Part shown: in pieces, positions 47,311-59,393 of the stretch
How the letters are laid out: each line of letters starts with the position of its first letter
How positions within the stretch are numbered: the first letter of the stretch is position 1
DNA from: a virus
Taxonomy: Duplodnaviria > Heunggongvirae > Uroviricota > Caudoviricetes
Reading direction: 5' to 3' (one strand)
Virus record (IMG/VR): IMGVR_UViG_3300028833_000081
Location: 7,731 to 71,730 of that record
Length of the DNA: 64,000 bases
Position numbers and translations under genes: made by a program
The notes under the pieces: model-generated
The model's input: only the letters and a program-made list of their open reading frames with translations
Databases searched by the model: none
Told to the model about the DNA's origin: nothing

Positions 47311-49074
47311 ATGACAATAGATGAAGAACTCCGTCTAGACCCTTGGAAGGGTCGTCGTGGTGAAGGTGAATACAAACCGCAGTTTAACTCTTACGAGAAC
47401 CTGCCGTTTACACAGATTCTTTCCGCAATTTCTAAGATCCTTGAGAAGTCTTTTGGCCCTCATGGTTCTACTACCATCATTGAAGATGTGCAGCTCCACC
47501 ATAAGGTATCTAAAGACGGTTATACCATTCTTCGCAGCCTTACATCTCCGAATGATCTCGAACGTGTAATCTTGGAACTGATTAAGAGAACCAGCTTGCG
47601 TCTTGTAAGGACAGTTGGCGATGGTTCTACTTCTGCAGTCATCTGTGCTGCTAAGATTGCCGAAGGTCTTCAGATGTTTATGGAGAAATATGACGGTCTT
47701 TATCGTGGCGATATTACTGCCGCACTTGAAAAGATTTCTGAAGAAATTCAGAAGCACATCAAGGAAGAAGTCTACATGGTGGACGAAGCTAAAGAAGAGG
47801 ATTGGAATAAGATCCGAGATGTAGCTATCGTCTCTACCAACAATAACATCGAGGCAGCTAACCTTATTACTGACGTGTATAAGAAGGTTGGTAAATTTGG
47901 TGTTGTGAATATTCAGCGTGGCGATAGCCCCAAGACTACGGTTGACTACAAGAGTGGTTTTGAAATGTACCGTGGTTACGTCGATGAATGTTTCTGCAAT
48001 GTTAAGCAGGATGATAAGAAGTATGTGGAACTCAGGAACACTTATGTGCTTATGTACGATGGCGCTCTTGGCACTACCGAAATCCAGAATCTTGCTGAAG
48101 TGATTAATTCTGTAATCAGTGGTTTCGGTGGATCTATCCTTATCATCGCCAACAACTATACCCCTGACGTGATCCAGTTTGCTAAGGAAAATGTAATTCG
48201 TACTAAAGGAGCGATGCCGATCTGCCTTTGCGCTCATGGCACTGGTTCCACTCAGGGTAAGCTCCACTTCAGTGACATTGCAACATACTTGAATGCACAC
48301 CCGATCGAATATCTCGCTAAGGTTGAAAACCTTGAAAAGACCGTATTCAGGAATGGCGCTATCGATGCAGAAGCACTCCGTTACCGTCTTGGGTTTGCAA
48401 AGAGGGTTGTTATCACCGACATGAGTGCTACTTTCTTTGAAGGTCAGGGCATTGATTCTCCGGAATATAACGAATTGAAGAATAGCCTTGAAAAGAAGAT
48501 CAATGAACTTTCTTCTTCCGAAGGTCATATTGACTTCGACAGTGAACTTGGTGCTCTCAAGGTTCGTTATGGTCGCCTCTGTGCATTCTCTGCTGTGATT
48601 ACCGTAGGTGGCCCGTCCAAGGCAGCTATCGGTTCATTTGCAGACCTTGTTGAAGATGCTGTTCTGGCCTGTAAGTCTGCCTTGCAGTTTGGTGTTGTAG
48701 CAGCAGGTAATACGATCATTCCTATTGTGCTATATAAGGAAGGCATTGAAACGAAGATTGCAACGGCGGTCATGAACGACAAGTCGCATCAGACAACCCT
48801 GAACTATGAGCAGATTCTGGAACTCATAGAAATCATCAGAGAATCCTTCTGTGTCGTATTCCAAGTATGCTGTCAGAAGCCTCTCGAAGATATTAAGCAG
48901 ATGTTTAAGGAACGCAAGCTCTGGAACATTCGTGCTAATAGGGCCGAAAGCATTGATACTACGACAGTTCTTAACTCTGCAAGGACTGATAAAGAAATTA
49001 TCTCCGGTGCTTTGTCTGTTGTATCGTTAATTGTTACTTCTAACGGCTTCCTGTTCTGTCCTAGGTTAAGCTAA
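47311..49074 (+). CDS. groEL: Phage GroEL-like chaperonin (587 aa)
   Basis: SFGPHG, VSKDGYTIL, VGDGSTSA, VITVGG, VEDAVLACKSALQFGVVAAG motifs. Confidence 0.92.
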   Translation: MTIDEELRLDPWKGRRGEGEYKPQFNSYENLPFTQILSAISKILEKSFGPHGSTTIIEDVQLHHKVSKDGYTILRSLTSPNDLERVILELIKRTSLRLVRTVGDGSTSAVICAAKIAEGLQMFMEKYDGLYRGDITAALEKISEEIQKHIKEEVYMVDEAKEEDWNKIRDVAIVSTNNNIEAANLITDVYKKVGKFGVVNIQRGDSPKTTVDYKSGFEMYRGYVDECFCNVKQDDKKYVELRNTYVLMYDGALGTTEIQNLAEVINSVISGFGGSILIIANNYTPDVIQFAKENVIRTKGAMPICLCAHGTGSTQGKLHFSDIATYLNAHPIEYLAKVENLEKTVFRNGAIDAEALRYRLGFAKRVVITDMSATFFEGQGIDSPEYNELKNSLEKKINELSSSEGHIDFDSELGALKVRYGRLCAFSAVITVGGPSKAAIGSFADLVEDAVLACKSALQFGVVAAGNTIIPIVLYKEGIETKIATAVMNDKSHQTTLNYEQILELIEIIRESFCVVFQVCCQKPLEDIKQMFKERKLWNIRANRAESIDTTTVLNSARTDKEIISGALSVVSLIVTSNGFLFCPRLS

Positions 49075-49099
49075 TAGAGTTTCAATAACATATAAAATA

Positions 49100-50640
<1,541 letters not shown>

Positions 50641-50706
50641 ATGTCACGGTGTGGTACAAGGAGTAACCAGCTTTTTATTTTTCCAACCAACCAAAGGAAC
50701 CACAAC

Positions 50707-51276
50707 ATGATCATTAAAGCAAACAACGAAACATACATTGTGCAATTCCGAAAGGATCTGCACGAACGTGAAACGAAATGCCAAGATAAGTTTCACCGCA
50801 ATATTACTATTCAGTGGGATGAACTGACCGTGTCCTGCTCTATTACTAAAGTCTACAAGCGTGACAAGCTCCAGAAGACGATCCGTTATGAAGGCATGGC
50901 CACTAGTTCCTACATGGATACTATCTCTGTTCCGGTCGGTCGTTGGATTGCTCTTAAGAGAGCAGTGAGCCTCATGCGCCTTCCGTGCGATCAAGCTGCT
51001 CATATCATTGACGAAGTCGGTAAGCAGGTGAAGCTCCGTAGCCATCATGCGGACAAGGTTCCGCCCAAGGCTTATGTTGAGCTCAAGTACATCATTCCTA
51101 AAAAGGATGAAGCCACTAAGACCAAGAGAGCAGAGCTCAAAGCTTTGACTGACCAGAAGTATAAAGAATATCTCAAGAAGAAGGAAGCTAGAGAGGCAGC
51201 AAAAAAGATGCCGGAAGATGCACCCTCTGATTCTTGTGCAATTTCTCCTATCGGAGAAGCTCCAGAAGTTGTATAG
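50707..51276 (+). CDS. Hypothetical protein (189 aa from MIIKAN)
   Basis: AAAGGA RBS before 50707. Confidence 0.8.
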   Translation: MIIKANNETYIVQFRKDLHERETKCQDKFHRNITIQWDELTVSCSITKVYKRDKLQKTIRYEGMATSSYMDTISVPVGRWIALKRAVSLMRLPCDQAAHIIDEVGKQVKLRSHHADKVPPKAYVELKYIIPKKDEATKTKRAELKALTDQKYKEYLKKKEAREAAKKMPEDAPSDSCAISPIGEAPEVV

Positions 51277-51347
51277 CCTATGTCGGTAATGGAAACATTA
51301 CCGATGTATCTTTTGTATATTAAATAAGGTCTTACAAGGAGAAAAGT

Positions 51348-52832
51348 ATGCTATACGAGAAGTGGTACTCTGCGTACCAAAAGACTAATCCAGAAAAGTT
51401 CTCCAACTCGTTCAAGTCTGTTCGAGAAGAAGAATCTCTGGAAGACATTCTACGGTCGGTTGCAATGGCTACTACATCGACAGGACATGTTGAAGTCTTA
51501 GATGTTGAAGTTGAAGATGATGAGACCAAGATTCCTCATCTCCACAGCATCGAAGAATCTCGTTTGTCAATGGCAAAGATCACGCTGAGGCTGAAAGCTC
51601 CGGATGAAGGATCTAGCAAGATTGTCGAAAAAGATGTGACCATTGAAGTGATGTTGCCGCGTCTTGTAGACAAGTATTTCTTCTATCTCGACGGAAGTAG
51701 ATACTTCAGTATTCTGCAATTAGTAGATGCTGGTGTATATCCGGTGAGAGCAGGAGTAGTAGGTCTTAAGACTCTGCTTATGCCGTTCACAATGACGAGA
51801 CATAAAGAGATCTTTACAAATAGTGAAGATAAGTCTATTGAATTGACTAGTCACACCATTCGAGCTTTTAGAAAAGAAATCCCGATTACGCTGTATTACT
51901 TCAGCATTCTGGGATTTAAGGAAACACTGAAGTTCCTCGCTGCTGATGAAGCAATATTCATGGTTACGAAGGACGACATTGAAGATACTGCGCATTTTGA
52001 GTATTTCATATTCAAGGATCTGACTGTAGCTGTCAAGAAAGACTTCATGCAGCAAGAGCCTTGGGTTGTTGGAAATATTCTGTCTGTAATTGCCATGACG
52101 AAGGCTTCTAAAGAAGATGTGTATAACATTGGATTCTGGAATCTTCAGTTAGGTAGACAGTTCACGAGTGGAAATGATGCGGCTTTGAGAAAGGCCGAAA
52201 AGGTTTCTGTGTCCTTCCAGAGAATTCTTGATGGAAGTACTAGGAATAACTTGGCTAAGATTCCGGAAAGAGACAAACGGAATATCTTTACTTTGACCAG
52301 ATGGATTTGTAGCGAATTCGACGTACTGAATGCAATCGATTCTACTGAAATTCAGAATAAGAGAATCAGGTTGTGGGAGTACGTGCTGTATCCGCTTATC
52401 AAGAAGATGTCTAGCGAAACTTATCGTGTTATCAACTGTCGTCAAGTAACCATTAAGACTTTGGAATCTGCCTTTGGCGGAATCAAGAAGAACATTTGTA
52501 CGAAGGCTCTAATCACCTCCGAACTTCTTAGATATTCGACTGTTGTCAATACTCTAGACTTGTTCGGTGCTGCACTTTGTGGTACTCAAGGTGGCCCACA
52601 AGGTCTGTCGTCAGATTCTGTTCCTGCAAGGCTTAGAGGTATTAACCCTTCTTATAAGGGTAATATAGGCTTCTCTAAAGCATCAGCAGGTGATCCCGGT
52701 ATCACATTTGGGTTTACTCCATTCTTCAAGACTGATGGACTATTCTTCGATAAGACAGAATATCCCGGTACTGATCCAGAAGTGTTCCCAGAGAATGTCG
52801 AGACCGAGAATTCGATCATTCTTGAATTCTGA
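51348..52832 (+). CDS. rpoB: Split RNA polymerase beta-like subunit, N-terminal part
   Basis: GPQGL..RLRGINPSYKGNI..DPG corresponds to the beta GPGGL..RDVHPTHYGR..G.NIG region; size fits AR9 gp105 / phiKZ gp123-type subunits. Confidence 0.8.
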   Translation: MLYEKWYSAYQKTNPEKFSNSFKSVREEESLEDILRSVAMATTSTGHVEVLDVEVEDDETKIPHLHSIEESRLSMAKITLRLKAPDEGSSKIVEKDVTIEVMLPRLVDKYFFYLDGSRYFSILQLVDAGVYPVRAGVVGLKTLLMPFTMTRHKEIFTNSEDKSIELTSHTIRAFRKEIPITLYYFSILGFKETLKFLAADEAIFMVTKDDIEDTAHFEYFIFKDLTVAVKKDFMQQEPWVVGNILSVIAMTKASKEDVYNIGFWNLQLGRQFTSGNDAALRKAEKVSVSFQRILDGSTRNNLAKIPERDKRNIFTLTRWICSEFDVLNAIDSTEIQNKRIRLWEYVLYPLIKKMSSETYRVINCRQVTIKTLESAFGGIKKNICTKALITSELLRYSTVVNTLDLFGAALCGTQGGPQGLSSDSVPARLRGINPSYKGNIGFSKASAGDPGITFGFTPFFKTDGLFFDKTEYPGTDPEVFPENVETENSIILEF

Positions 52833-52864
52833 TTATACGGAAGTGCAAACAGCACTTCTGTATT

Positions 52865-52907
52865 TTTTCTAAGATCCGTAAAATTTAGGAGCCTGATGGT
52901 ATATTAT
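52865..52907 (+). promoter_or_regulatory. Repeated element, copy 3 (22-nt core, N13, TATATTAT)
   Basis: Exact 22-nt match to the minus-strand copies at 96-117 and 690-711, with the same spacing to YATATTA. Confidence 0.75.
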
Positions 52908-52947
52908 ATTGTAGCAATAAACATCACCTTAACAAAGGAGTACAATT

Positions 52948-53316
52948 ATGGGACTGTTTATGACATCGCTCCTCGGAGCAAGCATTGCCAACGCCATCAA
53001 CGACGCACGTTGCGCCGTAAGCCCGGTCAAGAAAGCCTACAAGCATCTTGAACGTCAGGGTGCACTCATCAAGATGCGTAAGACCCTCGAACAGAGGCTC
53101 GAAGCTATCGAAGACGAGTGCCACGATGAGTTGACCGAATTCGCGCTCAAGTTCAATGCGCTGAATGCGTACCTCGCACTCAGCCATAGGATCATGAGGC
53201 GTGAAGAACTGTACGCTGCACGTCAGGCATACCGTAAAGGCGACATCGGCCCTGCAATGGATCTGGCAAAGCGTAATGCCGAAATCAAAGACCTGCTAGA
53301 AGAATACTTCTGGTAG
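52948..53316 (+). CDS. Hypothetical helical protein (122 aa)
   Basis: AAAGGAG RBS; terminator AGAGCC-GCAA-GGCTTT at about 53338-53363. Confidence 0.8.
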   Translation: MGLFMTSLLGASIANAINDARCAVSPVKKAYKHLERQGALIKMRKTLEQRLEAIEDECHDELTEFALKFNALNAYLALSHRIMRREELYAARQAYRKGDIGPAMDLAKRNAEIKDLLEEYFW

Positions 53317-53409
53317 GAAAAAATTAACCCCTAACAAAAGAGAGCCGCAAGGCTTTCTTTTTTGCAAAAAAAGAAATATGCATGATAATGTAATCATGGA
53401 TTTTCTTTT

Positions 53410-53760
53410 TTGTCGCAGACCTTAGCTTTCTAGTCGCCAGCATCCACTACCGAGATCGGTGCTAAAACTCTCTCAAACACTCGTTATCCAGAGAAAGATC
53501 TATTGAGGATTCTTTTTTGTTTTCTTGGTGCAGCAGTATTGCAAGACTTAGCAGACACTCGTCTGCTTATGGTGTTCTCACTTTCGCAAGAACGGGCTGA
53601 CAATAATATTCAATGATTCCATTTACGGATATCATTAGAATCTCTTAGAAAAGGTATACATTAATGCCATGAAGCACAGACTTGTAATAATCATGTCTTA
53701 TGCTTACTAGCATTCCCGTCGTAAGCCGTACTCAGAGTAATACGGATTCGACTTCTAGGA
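53410..53760 (-). ncRNA. Putative ~350-nt structured RNA
   Basis: No ORF; hairpins with G-U pairs and a GAAA loop fit the minus strand (53574-53593, 53550-53567, 53612-53636, 53726-53745); terminator-like hairpin plus U-run at about 53366-53405. Confidence 0.5.
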
Positions 53761-53879
53761 AATAGTTATTATTGTTCAAAGTTTCTCCAAGAAAATAATT
53801 GGTAACACGTACCATTGAATTATATACAATCATACTTTTCTTAATCTTGAACTTCAAAATGAGAAAATCGAGGTTTAGC

Positions 53880-56800
53880 ATGGATTACGCAGACTTGGAA
53901 ACCGAAGCCCTTGGTGAGATTCCTAATAACTTTAGAAGAAGAATTGATCTTTACAATAGAACTATTTCTCTTGAGAATGGTTCTATTTATAAAAGCGTAA
54001 AGAAGAATAAGATCAACCCGAATACCGATGCTGAAATAACTAACAGTCTCGGCGAAGGTAGATATGGTAGAAAAATCAAAAGTGTATCCATTGGCCCCGA
54101 TGGTAAGTCGTCCTTTGAGGGCAAGCGAGCTTATGTTCTTATCGACGGCTCTGCCATTCCTAAGAATCCTAAATTTGCTAAAAAGGAAGAAGACTCTGTC
54201 CTTATGACATTCCTGGAACAGAGTGCCAGAATTGCTTCCGACACGGCTATGGATCTGATTTCCCAGAAAGCCTCTATGATGACCTCTTCGCTGAACCTTA
54301 TGGTCAATCAGGCTAAGGCTGATCTTTGGAAAGCTGGAAATAAGAAGCTTCAGTGGGTTGCAGAAGGCTGGCGTGGCGGTATGCAGTGGATCGATGACGG
54401 TATCAATTCGCTCATGGACTCTGTTGCAAAGAAGACTGTTGACAGCGACTGGTACAAACGTGAACTTGGAATCAATCATAATGACTACCCGGCTGTGAAA
54501 GCTCTTGTGGGTGGTGACGACTGGTATAACAAAAAGCTGAAGGAAGGTCTTGCGAAGGGCGATGCTTCTGCTATCGCTGAATATACAAAGATTATTGATT
54601 CTATTCTGAAGGGTCTCAAGGACAGGGATTTCGAAAGAGAGGCCGAATCTTCTGAAGACTATGGAACCAAAAATGAGTCCAGAATGGTTGCCAGTGACAA
54701 GGAAAGGATAGCCAGCTTCGGTGACACGGATGAAAGCAGAAATACCTCTCCTGATCCAAGCATGAAAACGGCTTTTGAGGAAAAAGACGATCCGAAACTT
54801 GCAGTGAAACCTAATGATGCAGTAAAGAAGCTCTTTGATGACAAGACTGATATCAAGGATGTGGCTGCTGATAAGTCTCTTGTTGCTAAGTATGCTAAGA
54901 AATCCTCCGATTCTCGTAATCCTGCAGCATCCGAATCATACTCTGATGCTACAGCTGATCCCGGTCGTGTTGTACAGGCTGTTGATTCCTTTAAGAAAGC
55001 TCTTGAAGCTGGCGTAGCTAAGGTCTTCACAGCTCAAGTCAAGGCCGGATTGAAGGATCTCATCTCCAAGTCCAGAGATCTTGGAGAGGCTAACCGAGAC
55101 GCCTTCGAAGCATCTTACTCCTATCTCATCGAACCCTTGGAAGAGATTACGAGAGCTAAGTATGAAGATTATGTGAAATTCGAAAAGCTCTTGGATGGTG
55201 AAGAATCGAGCAGCATTTCCGATCCTTCTATTACCAAGCCCGACTTTGAGCCTGAAAGTACTACTGACGATACCGGAACTACGAATGTCTCTGGTCTCGA
55301 TACGGCTAGCTTCGCCACGGATCCTGATACGGTTAACTCTGGTACTATGGATAGTGTCGGAAGCGCTGATGATACTGGAACTATTAATACCGCCGAGCTC
55401 AACAGCGGCACACCTAAGGACATGACAGAGACAGCTGTGGATGCCCTTGACTGGAAGTCCAAGCTTGAGCTTGAAGATCATAAATTCTATGATCCGGCAG
55501 ACAGCGTCGAAGTAATGACTATTGATGAGAATGGTGAGCCTGATATCACTAAAATGAGTAATGCCGAAATAGCTAAAATGGAGAGGAAGCAGAACCGCAT
55601 CAATGCCATCATCAGATACCTTATTGACCTTGAAGAAAATCACTCTATTGAAGAAAACTCTTCTCAAGGTGCAAATTCCGTCCATGCACTTGATGATTCC
55701 AAGAAGGAAGTTACGGATGAAGCTCTTCTTGCTCTTATGAGAGGAGAAAGAGATAACATCTATGATAAATCTCTAACATTCCTTGAAAGGGCTTATAGTG
55801 GAAACCAGATTTCCGATGACGACATTATCTCATTGATGGACGCTAATGAAGCTGGCTTTGATGTTCTTAATACTGCGGCTAATTTGTTTGCCAGAACTAC
55901 TCTCGGACAACAGACCTTATCCGCCATTTCTGAATATACAAGCACTTCTGCATTGTCGAAAATGTATTATTCAGGCGTTAGTAAGCTCACTGGTAAGCTA
56001 TGGGGTAAGGACTCTGTAGAGTACAACGAGCCTGACCCTCTTACGACTATTGAAAGCAATTCCACGATGGGAGCAAGCTCTGACATTTCTAGCTTGGCTA
56101 ATGCTAATGTCAAGCAAGCTATTGCAGGAGCTGCTTCTTCGTTGCGTAGCAAGGCAAAATCGGCAGTCACCGGAACCTCCGATACCAGCCAATATGATCT
56201 GTATCAGTGGTTTGCTCATGACGGCAATATTTGCAAGTACTGTCTAGCACCATCTTCTCAGTTCCTTTTGATGGTTGACTGGAGTCTTAGTCTCTCTAAG
56301 GTTGACTTGATAAAGGCCAAGGACAGTCGTGATAACGACAGAGAAGTCAACGGTGAGTATTCTTACTTCGACAATATAAACAGTACTAATGAAGAGAATG
56401 TTGATCTATATATTCATGACAACAGTGAGTATGGTATCTCCGATCTCGCCACGAATTTTAGAGTCAATAAGACCTTTATTGGTGGCGAGATAGAATACTT
56501 TAAATCTGGATATTATCACTTCTTCTTTGTGAAGCCAGATTTGAATCTCACAGAAAACCATATACACGTTATGGAATGCGGTGGTTATCCTAGACTCTGT
56601 GACGTGATTCCAGAATTATCATACGACCTTAAGGGTTTGGAACAGACTTGGACTAATGGTTTGTTCCCTCCGACTTTGTCATTGATTGACCGACAGAATG
56701 CTCATCCATTCTTTAGCTATCTTCTGTCCAACGCTATCAAGAGTCTCAACATCCCAGACTACGCTTTGGAAAGTAAAGAAGGCTTTGAAAATATGTTCGG

Positions 56801-57647
56801 ACACAGATTCTCGTTCGGAACTACTGGACGCAAATCTGGGTATCAGACTGATTTCTCTATCAATTTTTATGATACGAGCGATCTGCTGATCATGAATACG
56901 ATCAAGACTTGGGTTAAGTATATCGAAGTGATGTATGAAGGACAAGCCAACCTCATGGTCAATCCAATGCAGACTGGTAATATGGACTACCTTGGTGCTT
57001 TGTATTATTTTGTTCTAGAACCGGATAACCAGACGATCGTTCACTGGGGAAGATATACAGGAATTTATCCTGTTAATGTTCCTTGGAGTACAATCAGCAT
57101 GAGTCCAGGCTCTTCTGATATTCCTGAGTTCTCCGTCAATTTCAAATGCCAGTGGCATGAATGGAACAGTCTCGAAGTATTGCAAGACTTTAATTTTGTG
57201 ATGCGTGGGGCTGGAAGATACGGCGGTGCTGATGCAAACAATTCAGCCATGACGTACTTCAAACTCGGAAGTATTTACAGGCGTACCTCTCATACCTTGA
57301 CTGCAGACCCGAACTTGATTGCGGGTGCTACCATCTCCGAAAACAGAGCACTGGTTGAGTTCATTGACTACAAGAGTGACGATACGAATGTAAAGGCTTC
57401 TCCGCTGCTCAGACCGTATAAGTACGTTCTCACGTTTGACTCTGCCAGAGACTTTGAAACGTTCAATGGTGAAAACGGTAATGAAAGCCCGATCGAAAGC
57501 AATCCTTACGGTAGGTTTGTTACTCCTTCGACGGATTACATTCTACCTGCTACTAACGACCTTCAGAGTTATGGTGCTGTTGACTGGGCTGCCCAAGCTG
57601 GTGTTGCCCAAGCAAAAGCTAATGCCAATGCAGTTCGTAGAAGATAA
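53880..57647 (+). CDS. Large virion protein with C-terminal tail-tube-like (T4 gp19/gp54) domain (1,255 aa)
   Basis: DFSINFYDT..IKTWV..GALYYFVLEPD..TGIYPVNVP..FSVNF pattern; GAGG RBS before 53880. Confidence 0.65.
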   Translation: MDYADLETEALGEIPNNFRRRIDLYNRTISLENGSIYKSVKKNKINPNTDAEITNSLGEGRYGRKIKSVSIGPDGKSSFEGKRAYVLIDGSAIPKNPKFAKKEEDSVLMTFLEQSARIASDTAMDLISQKASMMTSSLNLMVNQAKADLWKAGNKKLQWVAEGWRGGMQWIDDGINSLMDSVAKKTVDSDWYKRELGINHNDYPAVKALVGGDDWYNKKLKEGLAKGDASAIAEYTKIIDSILKGLKDRDFEREAESSEDYGTKNESRMVASDKERIASFGDTDESRNTSPDPSMKTAFEEKDDPKLAVKPNDAVKKLFDDKTDIKDVAADKSLVAKYAKKSSDSRNPAASESYSDATADPGRVVQAVDSFKKALEAGVAKVFTAQVKAGLKDLISKSRDLGEANRDAFEASYSYLIEPLEEITRAKYEDYVKFEKLLDGEESSSISDPSITKPDFEPESTTDDTGTTNVSGLDTASFATDPDTVNSGTMDSVGSADDTGTINTAELNSGTPKDMTETAVDALDWKSKLELEDHKFYDPADSVEVMTIDENGEPDITKMSNAEIAKMERKQNRINAIIRYLIDLEENHSIEENSSQGANSVHALDDSKKEVTDEALLALMRGERDNIYDKSLTFLERAYSGNQISDDDIISLMDANEAGFDVLNTAANLFARTTLGQQTLSAISEYTSTSALSKMYYSGVSKLTGKLWGKDSVEYNEPDPLTTIESNSTMGASSDISSLANANVKQAIAGAASSLRSKAKSAVTGTSDTSQYDLYQWFAHDGNICKYCLAPSSQFLLMVDWSLSLSKVDLIKAKDSRDNDREVNGEYSYFDNINSTNEENVDLYIHDNSEYGISDLATNFRVNKTFIGGEIEYFKSGYYHFFFVKPDLNLTENHIHVMECGGYPRLCDVIPELSYDLKGLEQTWTNGLFPPTLSLIDRQNAHPFFSYLLSNAIKSLNIPDYALESKEGFENMFGHRFSFGTTGRKSGYQTDFSINFYDTSDLLIMNTIKTWVKYIEVMYEGQANLMVNPMQTGNMDYLGALYYFVLEPDNQTIVHWGRYTGIYPVNVPWSTISMSPGSSDIPEFSVNFKCQWHEWNSLEVLQDFNFVMRGAGRYGGADANNSAMTYFKLGSIYRRTSHTLTADPNLIAGATISENRALVEFIDYKSDDTNVKASPLLRPYKYVLTFDSARDFETFNGENGNESPIESNPYGRFVTPSTDYILPATNDLQSYGAVDWAAQAGVAQAKANANAVRRR

Positions 57648-57723
57648 ATTTAATGCAACTTCTTCGGAAGTTGCATTTCTTATATCATCGAAACTATAGA
57701 TTGAAAATTACTAGGAGCTGTAT

Positions 57724-58461
57724 ATGCGAAATTCAAAATGCCCATGCCCGATCTGCAAAAGGATCTTTATTACTTGGGATGCGTGTGCAAACCATTTTTC
57801 GCAAGTTCATGGCGCAATCTTGGAAGGTAAGAATGTTACCGCAAAGCAATATATCTTCAACTGCAGAAACCGTTTTGATCCGTTTAGAAGATTTGGTAGA
57901 TCTATTCTTTCTGGGAAGCCTACACTCTGGAATGAAAACACTGGTAAGTACGAACGTCTAGCCGATAATGCTGAGAGACAGCAGTATAGACAGATGTTTG
58001 TTGATCGCATGATGAAGAGATATGGAAGATCTACTTTGCTAGATGATCCGGAAGTCCAGAAGAAGATGCTTGCGAACAGGAAAATCTCTGGAAAGTACAC
58101 ATGGTCTGACGGGAGCCGAGTATTCACATATACTGGTTCCTATGAAGAAGACTGCCTAAGATTTTTGGATGAATTTGGAATTCCCTCAGCAGAAGTATTT
58201 GCTCCGGCACCTTTTGTTGTAGAATACAAGTCTCCGAGAGATGACAAGCCGCACTTTTATATCCCTGATATCTACATCGGGAACCTAAAGATCGTTATCG
58301 AGATTAAGAGTGCAGAGAACAAGCATTACAGAGCAAGAGACTTGGACATTGAAAAAGCTAAGGATTTTGCTATGAGTAAACGGAACCTAACCTTCATAAA
58401 AGTCTACGATAAGGACTACACAGAGCTTGGAGAGATTATCAAGCAAGCTATTAACCAATAG
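57724..58461 (+). CDS. C2H2 zinc finger plus PD-(D/E)XK nuclease (TnsA / T4 gp4 head-completion-like)
   Basis: CPIC..NHFSQVH; VEYKSPRDDKPHFYIPDIYI..VIEIK. Confidence 0.7.
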   Translation: MRNSKCPCPICKRIFITWDACANHFSQVHGAILEGKNVTAKQYIFNCRNRFDPFRRFGRSILSGKPTLWNENTGKYERLADNAERQQYRQMFVDRMMKRYGRSTLLDDPEVQKKMLANRKISGKYTWSDGSRVFTYTGSYEEDCLRFLDEFGIPSAEVFAPAPFVVEYKSPRDDKPHFYIPDIYIGNLKIVIEIKSAENKHYRARDLDIEKAKDFAMSKRNLTFIKVYDKDYTELGEIIKQAINQ

Positions 58462-58470
58462 GAGTAAACC

Positions 58471-59385
58471 ATGGCTGACACTATAACCAGTATTGCTACG
58501 CTATATAAACTTCGGCATGAAGAACTACTGAAGCTTACGTCTGGAGCAAGAATTGGCGGAACCGTTAAAGTAGTGTTGAATTTCTACAGATTCATCGCTA
58601 ATGTAGAGAAGCACTATCCTGAGATTGAACTCAGGGAGAATGAGCTCTGCTCCTCTTTCTTAGGTTTTGCCGCATACTACAAGCGCTTCCTTATGAACAA
58701 TTATGATATCACACCAGAAATTATCATGGTGGGATATCGCGGAGACACTTGCGCAGATGAAACTGTAGAGAACTATGTGAACTCCGAAGCTGATAAGCTT
58801 GAAGAAATTAGCAAGTACTTGAACGGTGTCTATGCTATTAATATCGGTAACATCCATCCGAGATTTGCATTGCAAGTATTGTTGTCTTCGATCAAGTTCT
58901 CCGATGACGAATGCTTTATTCTTGGTCTTTCTAATACTTCAGATATGCTGTCTATCTGTAAGACCATGAGAAACATTATTGGTATCAGCCTCTGTGGTAA
59001 GCATACTTCTATTATGGACAGGGATTCTTTGGCTCCTGTCATGGAGGTATTCCGTAGGCCTGAAGAGTATCTTGCACTTGTGGGCTGTAACGAAATCACT
59101 GGTGTCAAAGGATATGGGCCTAAGAAGGCTAGAACTGTAGCTGTGAAGGCTTTCAACTCTGGCAAGGAACTTGATGAGATTCTGAAGGCTGAATTGTCTC
59201 ATGAAGATTTTGATATCTACCTGAAGAATATTCAGATGCTTAGCTTCAAGAACTTCTATGTTCCGGAGAAGGCTTACAAGATTAAGCTCTGTGAGCAATT
59301 TATCAATCTATTCGACAGCGAAAGTCTTGACCGTTTAAACCACGAGTACTTCTACTTATTCCCGATCGATACTAGAGTACTCTAA
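58471..59385 (+). CDS. 5'-3' exonuclease / flap endonuclease (T4 RNase H-like)
   Basis: H3TH motif LVGCNEITGVKGYGPKKA; the acidic active-site residues look degenerate. Confidence 0.7.
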   Translation: MADTITSIATLYKLRHEELLKLTSGARIGGTVKVVLNFYRFIANVEKHYPEIELRENELCSSFLGFAAYYKRFLMNNYDITPEIIMVGYRGDTCADETVENYVNSEADKLEEISKYLNGVYAINIGNIHPRFALQVLLSSIKFSDDECFILGLSNTSDMLSICKTMRNIIGISLCGKHTSIMDRDSLAPVMEVFRRPEEYLALVGCNEITGVKGYGPKKARTVAVKAFNSGKELDEILKAELSHEDFDIYLKNIQMLSFKNFYVPEKAYKIKLCEQFINLFDSESLDRLNHEYFYLFPIDTRVL

Positions 59386-59393
59386 GGGAAAAT

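Noticed and set aside
53730-53760. tmRNA 5' end (TACGGATTCGAC)
   Set aside because: No GGGG acceptor start, no T-arm/CCA 3' end and no tag ORF; the hairpins favour the opposite strand.
53410-53760. Group I intron (GACTAGA resembles the R element)
   Set aside because: No S element and no interrupted host gene; the flanking ORFs are complete.
57724-58461. Tn7-like transposon (TnsA)
   Set aside because: No TnsB/C genes or terminal repeats; the context is core structural and replication genes.
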